A stretch of 48,107 bases of DNA from Catajapyx aquilonaris (taxonomy: Eukaryota), in assembly GCA_000934665.2 (NCBI GenBank), contig KZ538030.1, forward strand, positions 124,001 to 172,107. The letters run 5' to 3'. The notes beneath the pieces were generated by a model. It made no database searches and was not told the DNA's origin. It saw only the letters and a program-made list of their open reading frames with translations. Positions 25,001 to 40,000 of the stretch are shown one piece after another (position 1 is the first letter of the stretch; the number at the start of each line of letters is the position of its first letter). The position numbers and the translations under genes are program-made.

Positions 25001-28000
25001 GTTTCGACAACTCTTTTGGTGCAGAAATAGCCACCTTCTTAAACCGTACTTTTCTCCCCCATTTTTCTGATCAAAAGATCGCACTGTACTGGACTCATCT
25101 TTACATTTGTGTAAATATTAACACCATTTACCTTCTTGTGGATTTTATATTAAAAAAACCCAGACCATTGTGTTCAATTTACGAGCGTTTTGTGGCCATT
25201 TTGCTGGCGTGGTAGTAAATTGAACTTAACCGTTTGTTGTCCTCCCCTATTAGTGTAACCGTTTTCCTTTGACTAGCCTTGTTGTTTCTGCTTGTGTTTC
25301 TGCACTGAAGCATTCAGCTTGTTTAGATGTAAAGGAAGCTTCCATGCAGGTTGATGCTCAGCGTTTACATTACGAGTACAAACTTTGGGCGAATCCGAGA
25401 CAATTAGGGACTGTAGTAGTTGCACTTTAGTAGTGTTTTTTTTGATCACATTTTAAATTCTTAATTAGAAAAATATGTATAGGGTAGTTGGCTGCAGCAT
25501 GGTTCGTTTCGACATTTTGCAATTCATATACGGTACTGTATTTTTTTAACAAAATATCGCGCACACTTGTCCACATTGCGAATCTGCACTCTCACTGTTT
25601 TCTTTTAATTATCTGTGTGTGGCAACGGCTGTGTATACAAAACAATATGATAGGTGTAAGGATGAAAAAACAATATTATCTATTCTTAGGTTGTTCATAC
25701 AGCGGTCCCTGCGATCGTGAGAGGTGGAACGTTTGGCAAAAGACCACACTTCACTCAGTTCACTGTAAGTCACGACTTATTTCGTATTAATCAGGCGGTG
25801 TTTTTCCTTTGCAGAAATCACGAAAAAGTTTTTTTTTAAATGAAAGTTAGGGAATTGTGTGTACCCATTGCGAGTGTGCTCGAACAAAATTAAAAATGGG
25901 GGCGTCAGCTACTTGTCCTAATATTACTATGTAAATATTCCGCGTAATACGACACATTGTATGCGCACACACGAATTGTCGACTTTATGACCATCTAGAA
26001 AACACTCACATACTTTTGTCCTCAGTGCTACCCAACGGAGGTTCCAATCTTCCGAAAAACTGGGCAGCCCAGAGGCACTACTAGGACTGTAAGTTGTACT
26101 TAGAGTTTGGCTATCTGCCCAGTTCATTCGCAAAAAAAAAAAAAAAATGTCAGGCATATTCTTCAGACGAGTGACAAAAGGGTGAGAAGCCGTAGGGAAG
26201 AGTGGCCTCAGACAGTTTCAATTAGGTGTCTGATACCAAGTTCGTTAAGCAGAACTTTGTGAGAATTTTTTTTAAGAACACACTGCAATATTGGACCAGC
26301 TTTTTTTTTTGCCATTTCAGCTTATTTCACACAATTTGGAACCGGGGACCGCCAAACACCTGAGAATATAGCACACACCCCTTTGTTACATTATGGCTTC
26401 TCTCCTTTCGCCATTGCCTCACACATTTCCCACAGAAGCCGTGTTATTAATGCTATTTATCCCTCAGGGTTTTCGCACGCCGGTCCCCGTGTTCATGAAA
26501 GCGGTCGTTATACCCAGAACTACAAACCCGCATAAGTCCATGAGCACTGTAAGTTTCAGTAACTCGCTTACAATGTTTTTTGAGCCGCTTTTGTATCTGC
26601 ATATTGTGCGCGCACCATAATATTGGCGGATGAAAAATTACTTCGGGATGGGTCAAAAATTGAGTTACCAGAAAAGTTCGTATCCAATTAAAATGGTTAT
26701 TTGGATTGTAATTTTTATGCATTTATATATAGCTACTTGCATGCGCAAGAAAAATAATAATAAGCAGGAAAGCAAATATTATGCTTCCGCTTGAGGAATG
26801 CTTGCCATGCATTATTTAGCAAGTACGTCACTCATTACTGAAATGTCACCTGGATGTGACAGGCATGACTTTATAATCCGCTTTTCCTTTACTCGACTAA
26901 ATACCTTGGCAGGTTTCCCAATAGGCAACTGGTTGAGGGTTGGGGGGGAATCGATTCCATCATATCTAATTTCTGGTGGATGAATTCGGCGAAAATAAAT
27001 TCGACGGTCAATAATTGTGACGAAAAAACATTTCGATAACTTCAGACATTTAATTTGCCGAAAATTCGTTCAGAAGTGTGCTGCTTGTAAAAATTCTCCA
27101 AATAGCCAATCACAAATTTCAAAAATTTGACAGATTGAGACATCACAGTTTTTCAAGACAAAACTGTATGAGAAGTATTGGCAGCTGCGAACAAAGGCTT
27201 GTGACGCAAAAGGGTTCACCGTTTTTTTTTGTCCCAAATTCTTGAAAGGAGCAACCTTTTCTGCTGGCGTAATCTAATTTCCTTCCTTGTGCTGTAGCAC
27301 TTCTAGAAGAAAAGTAAGTGACCATAGCATCTGGCGGGTGCAATTTGAGGTGGAAAGAGTGTAACATGTTATTCTGGTCGCTTCTGATTATTATTTTTTT
27401 TAAATAGAAGAAAACGTTCTGTCAGTATTTCCAACCTTGCACTATATGCTAGAGATAGCCTTACTGCAGTGTTTTCTACTTATTATGTAACTATTGGAAT
27501 TCTATAGCACAATAGAGAGCTTACCAATAGGCGTATGTCATCCCCACAGGCATTTAGAGGCAATTAGGTGCAAAATGCACGGTAGTGTAGGTAATTACTA
27601 ATTAGCATTGTGATTCTACGAGAGATTTTAGACTATGCCGGATGAATCTAGCCCAATGAGATAAAAGCGGGCGGAGTAATCTAATTACTTTGGAAGATGG
27701 GGGCCAATTAATTAGACTCACTTTGAACCGATCAGTTCGATCGTGAAAATGTAGTTTTCTTGCTTGTAAGACGCTGGTTATTATTAAGGGAAAGTGAATA
27801 AGGACAAGTTTGATGAGAGAGAAATATTTTACACATGCTGACGCCGGGTTTAAACCAAAATTTTCGTGCAGTAGGTACCGCTGCATCGCTTTTTCTTGGT
27901 ACGTGAACATTGTTGACATTGTGACATGGAATTTCATAACTTTGGCGGTCATTATAATGCCTTGCTTACACCTTTTCAGCCAATCATGGCACCTTCTTTT

Positions 28001-31000
28001 ATCTGTCCAATCGCATCTCATTGTGCTTTGTTATGGCCAATCACGGCTCACCTTTTTCTAGGGCCAATCACATCCCGGCTTTTTCTAGGCCCATGTTTCT
28101 TCTCTTTTCTTGGAGTTCCATGTCAGCGATTGTAATAACACAACTATACTGCTGTAGTGCTGTGGACCCGTTCCAGAACGGGTTTGGTATTCTGGATGCC
28201 AACAATGTTTTGAATATTGCACCAAGAAAACAGCAATCAGCTCTGATATTTTTTAACCTGGCTAAAAGAGCGTGGCCACTCGCATGGTTGCCGCAGTCCG
28301 CAGGGAGGAGTGTAGCTGTCGCTACAACAACAAAGTATTTCTTTATGTCCCTTTTAACGCAAAGACAAAGACAGAGAGAGAGAAAAAGAGTGTTGGAGAC
28401 AGATCGCACATATCCTCAGATGATATCCAGCTACCCCCCTCCGTCGCGCGTTGGGGTCGCTCGAGTGGCCAACGCCCCGGCGGCCAGGGCCGCGGCCGGC
28501 CTGATGTCATCATCCACCTCTTCGGAATACCGCTTGCAGTTCGCCTGGCCGAGGTCGTCGGAGGCCACGCCGCAGAGGCGTCGCGACGCAGCGGCGGCGG
28601 CGGCTGAGGCGGCTGCGGCAGCGGCTGCGGGGCCCAGGAAGTCGCTCAGCATGGGGGCCATTCGACCCGTGGCCAACCACCCCGGAGGAAGAGGACAGGA
28701 CGAAGGTAAGAGCCACCATCTTGCATGGTCTGGATGATAAAACTGTTCGAGAAACCCTTCAAGTGAATGTCGTTCCAAGCATGGTCCAGGCCTTGAACCG
28801 AGTTATAGTGGCCGGATCAGTCAGCCACGCTTCCTTTGAGCAAATTATTTAGATTGAGAACTTCTATGGGTTTCAATGTTGGGCTCTATCCCTTAGCGAC
28901 CGCAGTACTTGCAAGGGTACAAACGATGCAACTTTAGCCCCCCTTTATGATCCTCTTCAAAGAGATGTTTTTAATGGATGCTTGCAAGTTTTCCTGTGCG
29001 GTGCTTCATTATCTGCTTTCATTTTCACACAAGGGGCTCATCGTGTCAACTGGTAAACGCGTCGTTTCGTCATTCAAGGCTGGGTATTTTTACATGCTGA
29101 GAAAGCAAGTGCACTGCAGTAATGACGTTAATTCAGTGATGAAGAAGTATCAATAGAGAAAAATTATGACAAGAACATGCAAATGTTTGTTTGCTTGTTT
29201 GTTCAATCATTCGTTTATCTATTTTTGAGAGGTTCTGCGCATTTAAGTTATTTTCTGGGGTATATCACTCTGTCTTGACTAAAGTGAACAATTCATTCAA
29301 TGTGCACAGACAATGTACAGTCTGACGTGGAATTACACAAACATTTTAGCATAGTTTACACTGTGTGGGACTGAATTGCAGTCGAGTAAACTAAAACTAT
29401 GCAAGTTCCCTTCGGAAAATAGGGTAAGTGCTAATCCTTTGCAGGCCTCATGACATACCTTAAATAGTGTATAAGCTCGGGCCTTCCCATTAGTTACTGT
29501 AATGCGCTTTTGTGCCAGCTCGATCTCCGAGTGTGGAAATGGGAAATCTCACTACATTATGACTTAATTATGATCTACAAATGAACAGTAAATTCCAGGG
29601 GGCGATTAATTAGGATTTCACTGAGCTGCATGAATAATATGTAATGTATTATAACCTGTTGGTCAAACTATTTTGGCCTCTGGTTTGTTGCCGGGCACAA
29701 GCACTGGGAATGATGTCAGTGATGCTGGAGAGTACATCTCGCGTGAAATTTCAAGTCCAATTAAATTTGCGCGATTATCATGCCATGATAATATGGCCTG
29801 GTCGACTAGTATTGGCGTTTCATTACACGTCATGATTATCTGCGTATAGGCTTTGTTATCCCTGTGAGTGATTGGTATCCTGTAGTATATGCTGTATGAC
29901 TAGTGTCCAATTCTGCATATATTTCACATCATTTTGTTTCTGCTTTGTGTGTGGGTAAACAAAAGTGGCTCCTTTTAAAACTTTCCATTAATGAGCAGCC
30001 TGCTTCAACAACAATTTATCATATGTAGAGTATGGTGAAAAGATCCGGCATATGCAGCATACACGGATAAGATTTCAATGGTAACGCCAGACATGCCTGA
30101 GCAGGATTGGCACGACACCAATTACCCTATTTATATTTGCCGAGCGATAAGTGGTGTTCATGTCGAAAGGGGAGACCAAAACTTGAGACATTTCTTAGCA
30201 TTTCAAAACTTCAATCATTAAGATTTGTCTACAAGTTTTCTAGTTACAGGGTTTTTAAATTTGGACATTCTTTTTCGATGACCCTGTATTTACTCAAAAT
30301 TAAAATTCAAGGTTGTTTTAAGAGAGGAAAATAATAATTTTCAACAATGTATTTATTTTTGTATTGTTTATCATCGCAATATATTTAATTTACATTAATT
30401 AATTAATTTTAAATACATTTGATTTCTCATGCACATGTTGAATTTAATGAAATGGCCTTATTTCTTATAGTTTCACTTTAATTAAATGAAGAAGTGGAAA
30501 TGATAAAGGCTCGTAAGTGCCAAAAAAATCTTAAAGGGAGATATACAATTGAGTTTATTTCAAATGAGAAGACCATGCGCACATAGCCGGAGCCATCTGT
30601 GGCATACCTTCAGTACCACGAAGTAATTATTTTTTTATCACTTTGGCAGTAGGGGCCCACGGATCATTTTGCACACATAATCTCAACGAGTCTAATATTC
30701 TGTCGCTTCGAGCCTTTAGCATTTCCACTCTTCAAATATTATTAAACATGCCACTGTGTATAGGTACGGTACATCTATACATTTACAACGCTTGGACAAC
30801 CACACATCAGCGTTGTAAACAGTTGCACCGCCACCAGCTAATCCCATATTAGATAGATTCAATCATCCTGCCAACCCTGCATGATTCCCATGCATTCTTG
30901 AACAGCCAGTGGTTCCATATTATGCATCCACTGTCCCCCCCTATTTCCACCGGGTTGGAACTTGAGAGTAGGGGAGGGGGATGGAGTTCTCTGGCAGGGG

Positions 31001-34000
31001 CCATGTCCGGCTTTGCTCGTACATGTTTCAGCGCGGACCCTGCCAGGATTAGTTTCTGCCTCTGCCTGCCTGCACAGCCCTCCATGGTTTAATTCTCTCC
31101 AGGACTCGGCCCTGTATGTATGGACTTAACATCTGATCGACCCAACCCCATGTCACTGTGTGTCACACTGATATCACCCCCCCCCCTCCCCCCACACACT
31201 GCCAGTGTGATAGTTACTTCTAGTTAATGCAGTTTATCCGGTAAACTTTCCATAACCTAATCATGTAACTCCCTTTGAACTGTGGGCAGACCACCTGTAT
31301 TATAGAAAACAGGTTTTAATTTTTATATGTGTGAGCCCAGGCTGTGGTGTAATTAGCTTCGGAAACATATACCTGTTCAATATTAACCGAGCTGCGGTTT
31401 TAATATTTTCACGAGTCTATATCGATCGCGGTTGCACCAGCTTTTCATAATGGAGTTATCGCCGATTGCTGATTGGACCGATCAGAATGTCATTTTCGGG
31501 TCGACGTTCACAATTCTTACATCTTATTACGGTTACTTTACGGCTACTTTCTGGTAGTAATTCACTCTATTTTATTGCAGTCTTTATGTTCAGCATGTGT
31601 GCACCTGCTGATAAAATCCTATAATCGCGAGCTCCCTCTCATATAAAATTGATTTACAGTGATAAGTGTCTGAACATCTGCCATTTTTCGCATGTTTAAA
31701 TTTAAACGCCTTTGAACGGCAGATAGTTGTTTTCCCATTTGGCTGATGCAATCTGAAATTTTTCAAATTCGCAATATACCTACAGGAATTTAGTCGGAAA
31801 ACTAGTGAAATGATTGAAATTGGCAAAATTCAACAGTACTGCATATTTGACATAGCAAAAAGTACTATACTATATTAGTATACTGTATGTGCAGCCGGGT
31901 GTGGTTTGCACTGCAGTAACAGGCCTGTGCTTAAATGGTGAATGAACTCTGGCTAAAAATACACAATGCAATTTTAATACTCGTGAAGCATAAGGCCCGG
32001 AGAAGTACTTCGCTCGGTAGCAGGTTGAGCAGCTTATGCAGAAATGTCAGCATATATTAAGGGTAACTATCATAGACATGTAACTATGCCATTTAAAAAT
32101 ATTGTCAGGGAAGTTGCAGAATCTCTCATACATCAAATTTGTAGTATTTAGCTACTCAGCCCTTTTTAAACCTTCCAAATCACAGCTTACCTACTACCCC
32201 AGTTTTTGAACACGCGACATTTGGCCCACCCCCATCCATCACTTTTTACGTACCATAAATTACATACCCCCCCAACTCACTTAATCCTAGTGTCAGCCAA
32301 CCCCCACCGAAATATCCAGGTAAGCTCTACTCCCGNCCCCCCCCCCCCCCCAAAAAGAAAAAGTAACAGCAAGCAATCTCAAAGCATTATCTTTTTATGC
32401 AGGTAGGCCAGGTGATATATGGCCAAAGTCAGGTTTAGTTCTCCAAGTGTTGCAGCCCACAAATCGGTGCAAACAACACACCTTTGATTGTATCTTTTTT
32501 GTGTGTGTGTTTTTGGGAAGTGGAACAGTTCTGCGCAGAGTCTGAGTTTGATACCTAGTGTTACACCTGGAATCAATGGTGTGATCAATCTGTTGGGGTT
32601 GGGGTGCAGGTCCCACAGTGAGCACGAATCCTCTGGCAGAGTTGGAGGCGCAGTTGATGGCCACAGACGAGGCTGACTTTGACCACGAACCTCACAGTTT
32701 GGGGATAGAGGCGGCTGAGGAAGTGGACGGACCCATGGACGAGCAGAAGATCGCAGAGGAGGCTAGGGATAAGGAGGACAAACCCAGGAAGAGGTTAGTC
32801 CGGACACGTGTAGTTGGAAAAAAGATGAATGTAGGCGACAGTAATGAAACTAGTGACATCTAATGCAAAATTAGCTTCATTATTCGTCGCAAATAAGTCT
32901 CCCTTTCATCTTTGACTGGTTCAAATATTTCAGACGAAATTAGCTGAAGCCTGTTCATCAAAAAAAAAGCGGATCTTATTTCGTCTTATCAACAGCATCC
33001 AGTGTTTGCATCGCTTCTTAAGAAATTGATCCGGATCGAGCTCTGAATAAGTAGAACTGGAGACGGATAAAAAAATGAGGACGCCCTGAGGAAATACATC
33101 AAATATTATACAGGGAGAGTCATCTTTGCAAACTGACAATCAATACTGTGGAAGGCAATGCCAATGATTGAATATGCGAGCTTAATTCAGGGTATTCAAT
33201 GAATCATATGAAAAAGCATGCGCCTCTCTCTCATTTTCATTTTTTTTTCTGCGCGATGTACAGGGCGTGCTTTTGCACACACATTGCAGGGGAATTGACA
33301 AGAGAATAGAGAACCCGAGTACACATTGGCTTCCGATGCAGAGACCCGTAACTGGATAATGACATCCCTTTGTTTCAAAATTATGTTCATCATCAAAACA
33401 CGCTGGGAAGTGAATCATTCTTTCTGTATGCGAAGGGTTAGTTTATTGTGATTTTGGGCATCAGGAGGGATTGTTCCGAAATTACGATAGGGGAAGATGG
33501 AATGAATGGAACCGGACATACTGTCCCCATTAGGATTGTGCATAGGCTTTATGCTGTAATTAATTAATTGCGACTGTTCAGCATTCTCGGCTCTTTGTTC
33601 TTCCTTTCTGTTAATTTTTTTCTGCTAAGTTATTTCACACATTACTTGCAATTCATGTGTGAAATACATACATGAATCTTCCAAATATTCTGATATTGGG
33701 AAGGTTCATATGTTCCCATACTTATCATATGATGCACTTAGGATTCCTTACAAGACGGAGTACCGAAAGAAGTTCCGTCCCTTCTCCCAGTACGACTATG
33801 CTGATGGCCGATTCACGAAGAAGAAGGGCACCAGTGACGCGGGTGACATGATGGACCCATGGTTCAAAGAGGCGGTGGAACTACGGAAGAAAGCAGGAGA
33901 ATACAAGGTACTTTGGCTTAGGGCTATCCATCAAGAGAGCAGGTGTGATACAGCTTACATTTTTTTCGAGGCTTATTTGCAGGCGATGCCCATTATTGGC

Positions 34001-37000
34001 TGCTTCCAACTAAGGCGCTTTGCAATTATGCAAATTCTTGTAAAATCCGAGCATAAATTAGGATTTTGTTTGCGAGTCGATCCACAAGATTGTTAACTTT
34101 GTTTGAGCAGACTAAGGAGAGGTTAGTGTGCTCGAAACGACGTGGCAGAGATTTTGTCACTGCTACGAAAATAATAAGAAAAAAACTGATCACAGCTACT
34201 ACAGTAGTAAACACCAGTAGCAGCTATCATTGTTGGAAGCCACCATTTTGCTGGAGGCTTAGCATTTGAACGTGTGCAGCTTTTGGAGGCTCTTTCACGG
34301 CAATTACGACGATTCAGGGGGGCGACGCTGTTTGTGTCCATGCCAGTTGTAAATAGGATGTGGCAAGCAAGGGGGTCGCAGCTAGTTTGACTTGCTAATG
34401 TAAACATATTATGCAGGACAAGAGGATAGTCATTTGGCTCAAGCACCCTGTAGCAATGAGCGATCAACTCATCCAGTGTTTGAACAGTTGCTTGATGGAG
34501 CCTGCAAAATCCTGAACTTTGCATTTCCAAAGTGACAAACATGTACGAGTCTGGACGCCTATTGTGACCTAACCTAACCTAACCTAACACCAAATCCGGA
34601 TATTGTGAAGCATTCGGGGCAGGTTATCAATGAAACGTTATTTTCAAAGAGCAATCCATCTGACTTTCTTCCACCTGCACAAACTCTGCCATTGTTCTGA
34701 GCTCCAGATTAATCATCTGATGCCATTGTCTTCCTTTTGCAGTATCGAGGTTGGGGAACTGAGCTGGTGCCGGATCACCTCTGCGACTTATACCATAAGC
34801 AGCTCTCCCTCTGGGAGCAGGTGTCTCGTCGGAGCAACTTGGAAGCTCTTTCTCTGGCGTCTGCATCGCCCAGGTACACATCCCCCTAATATATTACGAA
34901 TTCCCCGCAATTTAAACCACTGCACTGCACTGGGGAATGGGAAACAGATGCTGGCTTATTGATGCACGAATCCGGCTTTTGGAGAGATTTGTTGTCAGTT
35001 TCTATGAAGACCCAACAATGTGGGATTAGAGCAGATGCACACTGAAGTCTGGTAGCCTTTTGTCTCCCTCTCTTAGGTCCATCACCAAGGAGGAGAAAGA
35101 GAGGGAGAACACGAGGAAGATCTCGCCTACCAAGCCTTCTCGTCCTTACACAGCTCCGGTGCGACATGCCGATGAGAAGCTTGAAAAGAAGAAGGTACTG
35201 TTGGCCCGAATAGAATTGCGAGTGTGAGTTAAATATCGTATGATGTGGTCTTTCAGACTGAGAAACTCGAGGACCACAAGGAAAAAGAGCCACGTGCTAA
35301 GAAGGAACCTCCTGTTCCTACACGTGAGTAGTAGACACAAATATATGGATGTGTCCATGTTCAGGTTTTACTGAATAATGAGCTGTCCTAATGGCTGACC
35401 TTTTACAGACGCCAAACCTCGTGGCTCGCCCCCAAAATCCAGGCCTCCCATCTCCAAGCTCAGCGACGCCAAGGCTAAACTCAGCAAAGAAGGTACCGTC
35501 ACATTCGACAAATAAAAATGGTTGTTTTAAAAGTACCCAGTTCTATACAACATATAAATTTTCAGTGGGTCAGAGAGCCATAAAATTCGGTTCTTAAATC
35601 ATATAAGTTGCTCATTTGCTTGATTTAAAATAATAATAATATTGCTTACAATCTCAATATTGGGACATTCTCTAAATAACACAACCCTTATGTGGCAAAA
35701 TGATCACAGAAAGATTTGCACAAATATTTGCATTTTAAAATTAGCAGTCATCATGAGGCTATATAGAAATACATAGCACGTGAAAGCCAATTGCACCATT
35801 GCGCGGCAGTGGAGTGCCAGGAAATTCTGCCGGAAAAATGTCAGGAATATTCTTTTAAAAATTGCATAAATATGAATATGAATATGAAAATTATTTTTTT
35901 CATATTCTTGTCACTTATTCAGCCGAATTTGTCATCTTGTCAAGACAGCGATGCAACTGGCTTGAAATAACAGTCATGATTATAAGATGTGTAATTACAC
36001 TAGTGCACATCTAGCCTGTGGCGACTTCCGGATTTCATGTGTTTGTTGGGCCCAAGTCCTGAGCGCCTTTCAGGACTTTCCATTCCCTCTGGCAGACCTG
36101 AACACTACAAAAAAAATTCGATGTGGTTTAGCAAACATGACAGAATTAGGCTCAGGTCCTGTTTACTTCCATGCATACTAGGCACTGCAGATTGTTGAAG
36201 AATTAATCCTGTTTGCATACATCCCTTCTTGTGCTGTTTTGCTAACACAATTCATCCTTGTTGACCTGGTCAGGGATTTGGCTTAATTTTCTCCATTTTA
36301 TCTATTCAATATTATCTCTGATTACTTTTCGTCTCCTCCAGCTCGTTCCCAGTCTGTGGGTCCAGACACTCGCTCACCCAAACGCCAGGCGCGTCCAGCT
36401 TCGACTGCATCTGCTGCACCACCAGGCGGATGGAAAGTGCATTTGGATGGTCAGGCTGCTCCGGAAAGGCGTCCTCGTCCCAGTGAGTTTAAGACTTACC
36501 TAGCAATTTAAAAAACCATCGGTTTTAAATAAGGACCCTGGTAAATAAGGAGCGAGGAAGCTGCTTTTTACCTACGTAATTCTTACATAGTCTAGCTCTC
36601 TGCCCCCAACCACCAGTCTCCATTTTTTTGGTTTCCTAGATGGTTGTCACTCTGTTGTTTCTTTTAGGCTCTAGAGTGTGTTCTTTTACCTACCATCTCA
36701 CCACCCCCTGCATATATACGTAAACCATCCGTTTTTTCGGCTGCTGTGGAATCTTTTTAGCGGTGTGGTTTTAGAAATGTGGGGGACTAGTGTCGTCTCC
36801 TTTTTTAGAGGAATGGAGTTTCAGTGGGACTGTTTTTCAGTTCATGACCTCTTTCAGCTTCATTTTTTTTGAATGAGGGGGAAAATGCTTCTTTCTCTTA
36901 GTGGAAACCATGTGTTGTTTGTTTATAGCCCGGACCGACAGCTTACGGAAAAGCCTCTTTATATAACAATGGCGCAATTTTGCTTTTCCGTAAGAGAGCA

Positions 37001-40000
37001 GAAGGCATGGATGTGACAGGTGAGACAGACGAAAGGTCAAATGGAAGGTTTGAGTGTCAACGATGGTGAACCAACGAGTTCATAAGGTTCAATCCTGTGC
37101 AAAAAATATGAGTGAAACTGGATGAAACTCCCACTATAAACCTACTTGTTCATACCGTATGCACATGTTAAAATCAGAACCCAAAATCTGTCATGATAAT
37201 ATTAATGTAGGTTAAGTTAGAATGTAGCATAAGCAGTAAGAGAAATATGTTAAGTAGTGTAAGAACGAGGTGTTTTAATCCAACATGTGGAAAATATTTC
37301 ACATTATCTTTGGAAGTGGTAGTTGTGCAGGAAAAGGCACAAGTATACAAAATGTACTGTACCTACTGTACAAAAAGATACAGTTATATCGTGTAAGTTA
37401 AACAAGATATAGCTCCATTAACTCTGAAGCTTTGTGGCTGGAACTAACGCTCAGTTGTATAAACCAAAAATTTGACATTTTGAGTAGATACAACTGGGCA
37501 TAAATCTGAACTAATATCAAGTCAACAGCATGAGATATGTGTAGCTGAGTCTCACCCACATCTCATGCAATTAAGTTAGAATTATTGCAGGTTTAGTAAC
37601 AGCCGTAAAGCACACATGTCTTGAAACACCTCGATTTATAGCTATCCTCTTTGATATAAGGCTGTAGCAATACAAGGAAGTGACCAGATATTGGGTTTTG
37701 CAGATTGTAATATTTCATCCTCGACAATTTAAACAAAAAATAACGCGGAGATTTATAGTGTGGGACGCCATTTGCACTGGAATCGAACCTTATTGCTTGA
37801 GTAGGTTTGCACCATTATTCACACCCTCACCACCCAAAAAATCAGCAGAAGTACGAAGGAATGGCCAACAAAATTGGGCGCTCAAAATTTTATCCCCTTT
37901 AACTTATTATAGGTGGGTCAGGTTGGGTGGCGGTGATTTGCTCCCGGATAATTTCTGACCTCCTGACACGCGAACTTCTCGCTTTTTCTAGCTTCCCTGA
38001 CCACCACCACCAACCTCTCCCGCCCCAAAAGTAGCACTGCTCCCGCCCCGAAAGCTGAGGAAGGCCCACCACCCCATCATGCCATCAAACCCAAACACAT
38101 GCCTGGCAAACCGGGGATCGCAGCAGCTAAGGCCAAAGTCGAATCGGTCAAAGAGCCCGACAGAAAAGGTGCCAGTAAGTAGAAAAAAAAAATGTAACCC
38201 GGGTTTTGATCAAAAAACCCATTTAAAAAAATCGACAAGGCGACAAGTAAGAAGTGCCCTCACCTATTTATTGTTTATTTGTTTACGCTTTATTTATTTA
38301 TTTTTTGAAATAAGGTGAGGGACTGTCACCTTCACACAACTGGAGGAGACAGTCACGGTGTCGCTTCATTACTAATTTTTTTTTTTGGATGTCCATTGAA
38401 TGTCTGTGCAGCAATGTATTTTTTATTTGTTTGTTTGTTTTCTATCCCATGTGGTCTGTGCGGATATGTTTATTTTAGTGTTGTGCTTCCCACCCTGAAA
38501 GGCATGTTTTAGAACGAATTTGTCCCCCCCATTTTCCTTGGTACCCCCAACCCCAAAACACCCGTATTCAACCACCCCTTAGCCATGCTGGATCCAACAT
38601 GGCGTCGCAGCTTGTTTGGCGGCTTGTATGTGCTCCTTTGTACACAACGAGGGATCATAAACTGCAGTAATTACACCGCATACTGAGAAAGAGAAGGGTC
38701 TGAGACACCGACCTCCTCCTTTTTTGGACAAAACTCATCGCTTTTTTTGTCAGCGTTATACGTAGCACAGAATACACCATCCAAACCCCATTGAGTAACT
38801 GTGGAAAAAAAAAGGTGCAGGATGATCCAAAATTTCTGAAATAATTCTTTGAGACACTTCTATTCAAAATGTTGTGAAAGTGACACTTCATAGGATTCTA
38901 TAATGTTTCAAAGATCAATTAATAAGGTCAAATCTATGAACAAACAATCTCTTGAAATACTTAACCTGCAAGTTCAGAATTTTGAAATTCAGACATTAAT
39001 TTGTGATTTCATAAACAAACTTGTTTTTGAAAACAAATCGCAATAAAATGTGTCCCAAATGATTGCTTCAAGACATGTGAAAATTTTGAATCGTCATGCA
39101 CAGTATTTTCGAAAAATAATGTAGCTTCGCACTTCCACGTGTTTCACAACGACTCACATGACGTTTGAGTGAAACATGTCCAACCCTCCCCCTGTATAAA
39201 CCGCCCCAACCCTGTCGGTATGACGCAGTAGGTTGGTGTACTCTGATGCATATCTGCAGACACACAAAATGCAGCAGCGATGCAATACGCTTTCAGTTTC
39301 ACCCCCCAAGTCCTGCAGTTTTGCACATCACCGCCAGTAACAACTGACAGCGTATTGTACTGGACTCATGAAGGAATCTGCTTGACCTCTGACCTAGCAT
39401 TGACCTTCCAACCCCAAACTGCCTGTTTCAGCTGGAGACTCGAAGCAAGACAGCGTGGATGAGCCTACACCTCCGTCGGCTGTGCCCCAAAGCGCCATAC
39501 CGGAGTCACGTCGTGACCTGTTTGAACCAGTGGTCAAGTCGCCTCCGGAACCGACCCGGGTCAAGTCTCCGGAGCAGATCGTGGTGCGCTCGCCGGATCC
39601 GGTCAACTGGACAGTGCCTCTGGACACAGGGAAGACCTTCACGGTCACTCAAAACGTGCGGGAAGGTGAGTAACTTTGCCAGAGAAGGTAACTATTATTG
39701 CTTGGTGCGATAAGGCCCCAAACCTGTCATCAATAAGTCAATATTTGTCAAAATTTTTTAGACTTTTTCTCATGAAAAATAGAGTCTTATATACAGTACA
39801 ATCGGATTCAACTGACCCTAAAAACAGGTCTCAGGGTCAACTTCCGGTATTCCGGGTTCACTCTATGTGCCAATGTCAAGTCTGCATGATTTAGAAATTA
39901 TTTTTCGAGCAACGAGAAAGATTGACAACATTCTATGTCATTTGTACAATTCGAATTTCCTTGGCAGTGAGAAAAAGTATACTCGAATCGCGCTCGCGTG

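Noticed and set aside
27960..28100. Spaced repeats considered as a CRISPR-like array
   Set aside because: Only a short CCAATC core recurs, the context is eukaryotic, and there are no cas genes
28021..28419. N-terminal part of the 238-aa ORF in the track
   Set aside because: Looks like intronic read-through with non-coding composition; only 28420-28705 resembles exon
28431..28778. Antisense ORFs over GC-rich exons (also 39394-39648, 40931-41233, 42209-42613, 43003-43218)
   Set aside because: Shadow frames of GC-rich MDM1 exons, with no independent gene signals
31103..31117. Possible 15-nt micro-exon (ctccag|gactcggccctgtat|gtatgg)
   Set aside because: Phase-compatible, but nothing beyond generic splice dinucleotides supports it
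32291..32319. Possible small exon ending CAG|gtaagc
   Set aside because: Phase is incompatible with the neighbouring exons
34567..34588. TTAGG-type repeat as a telomere or fusion relic
   Set aside because: Only about four units inside an intron; such tracts are common in arthropod repeats
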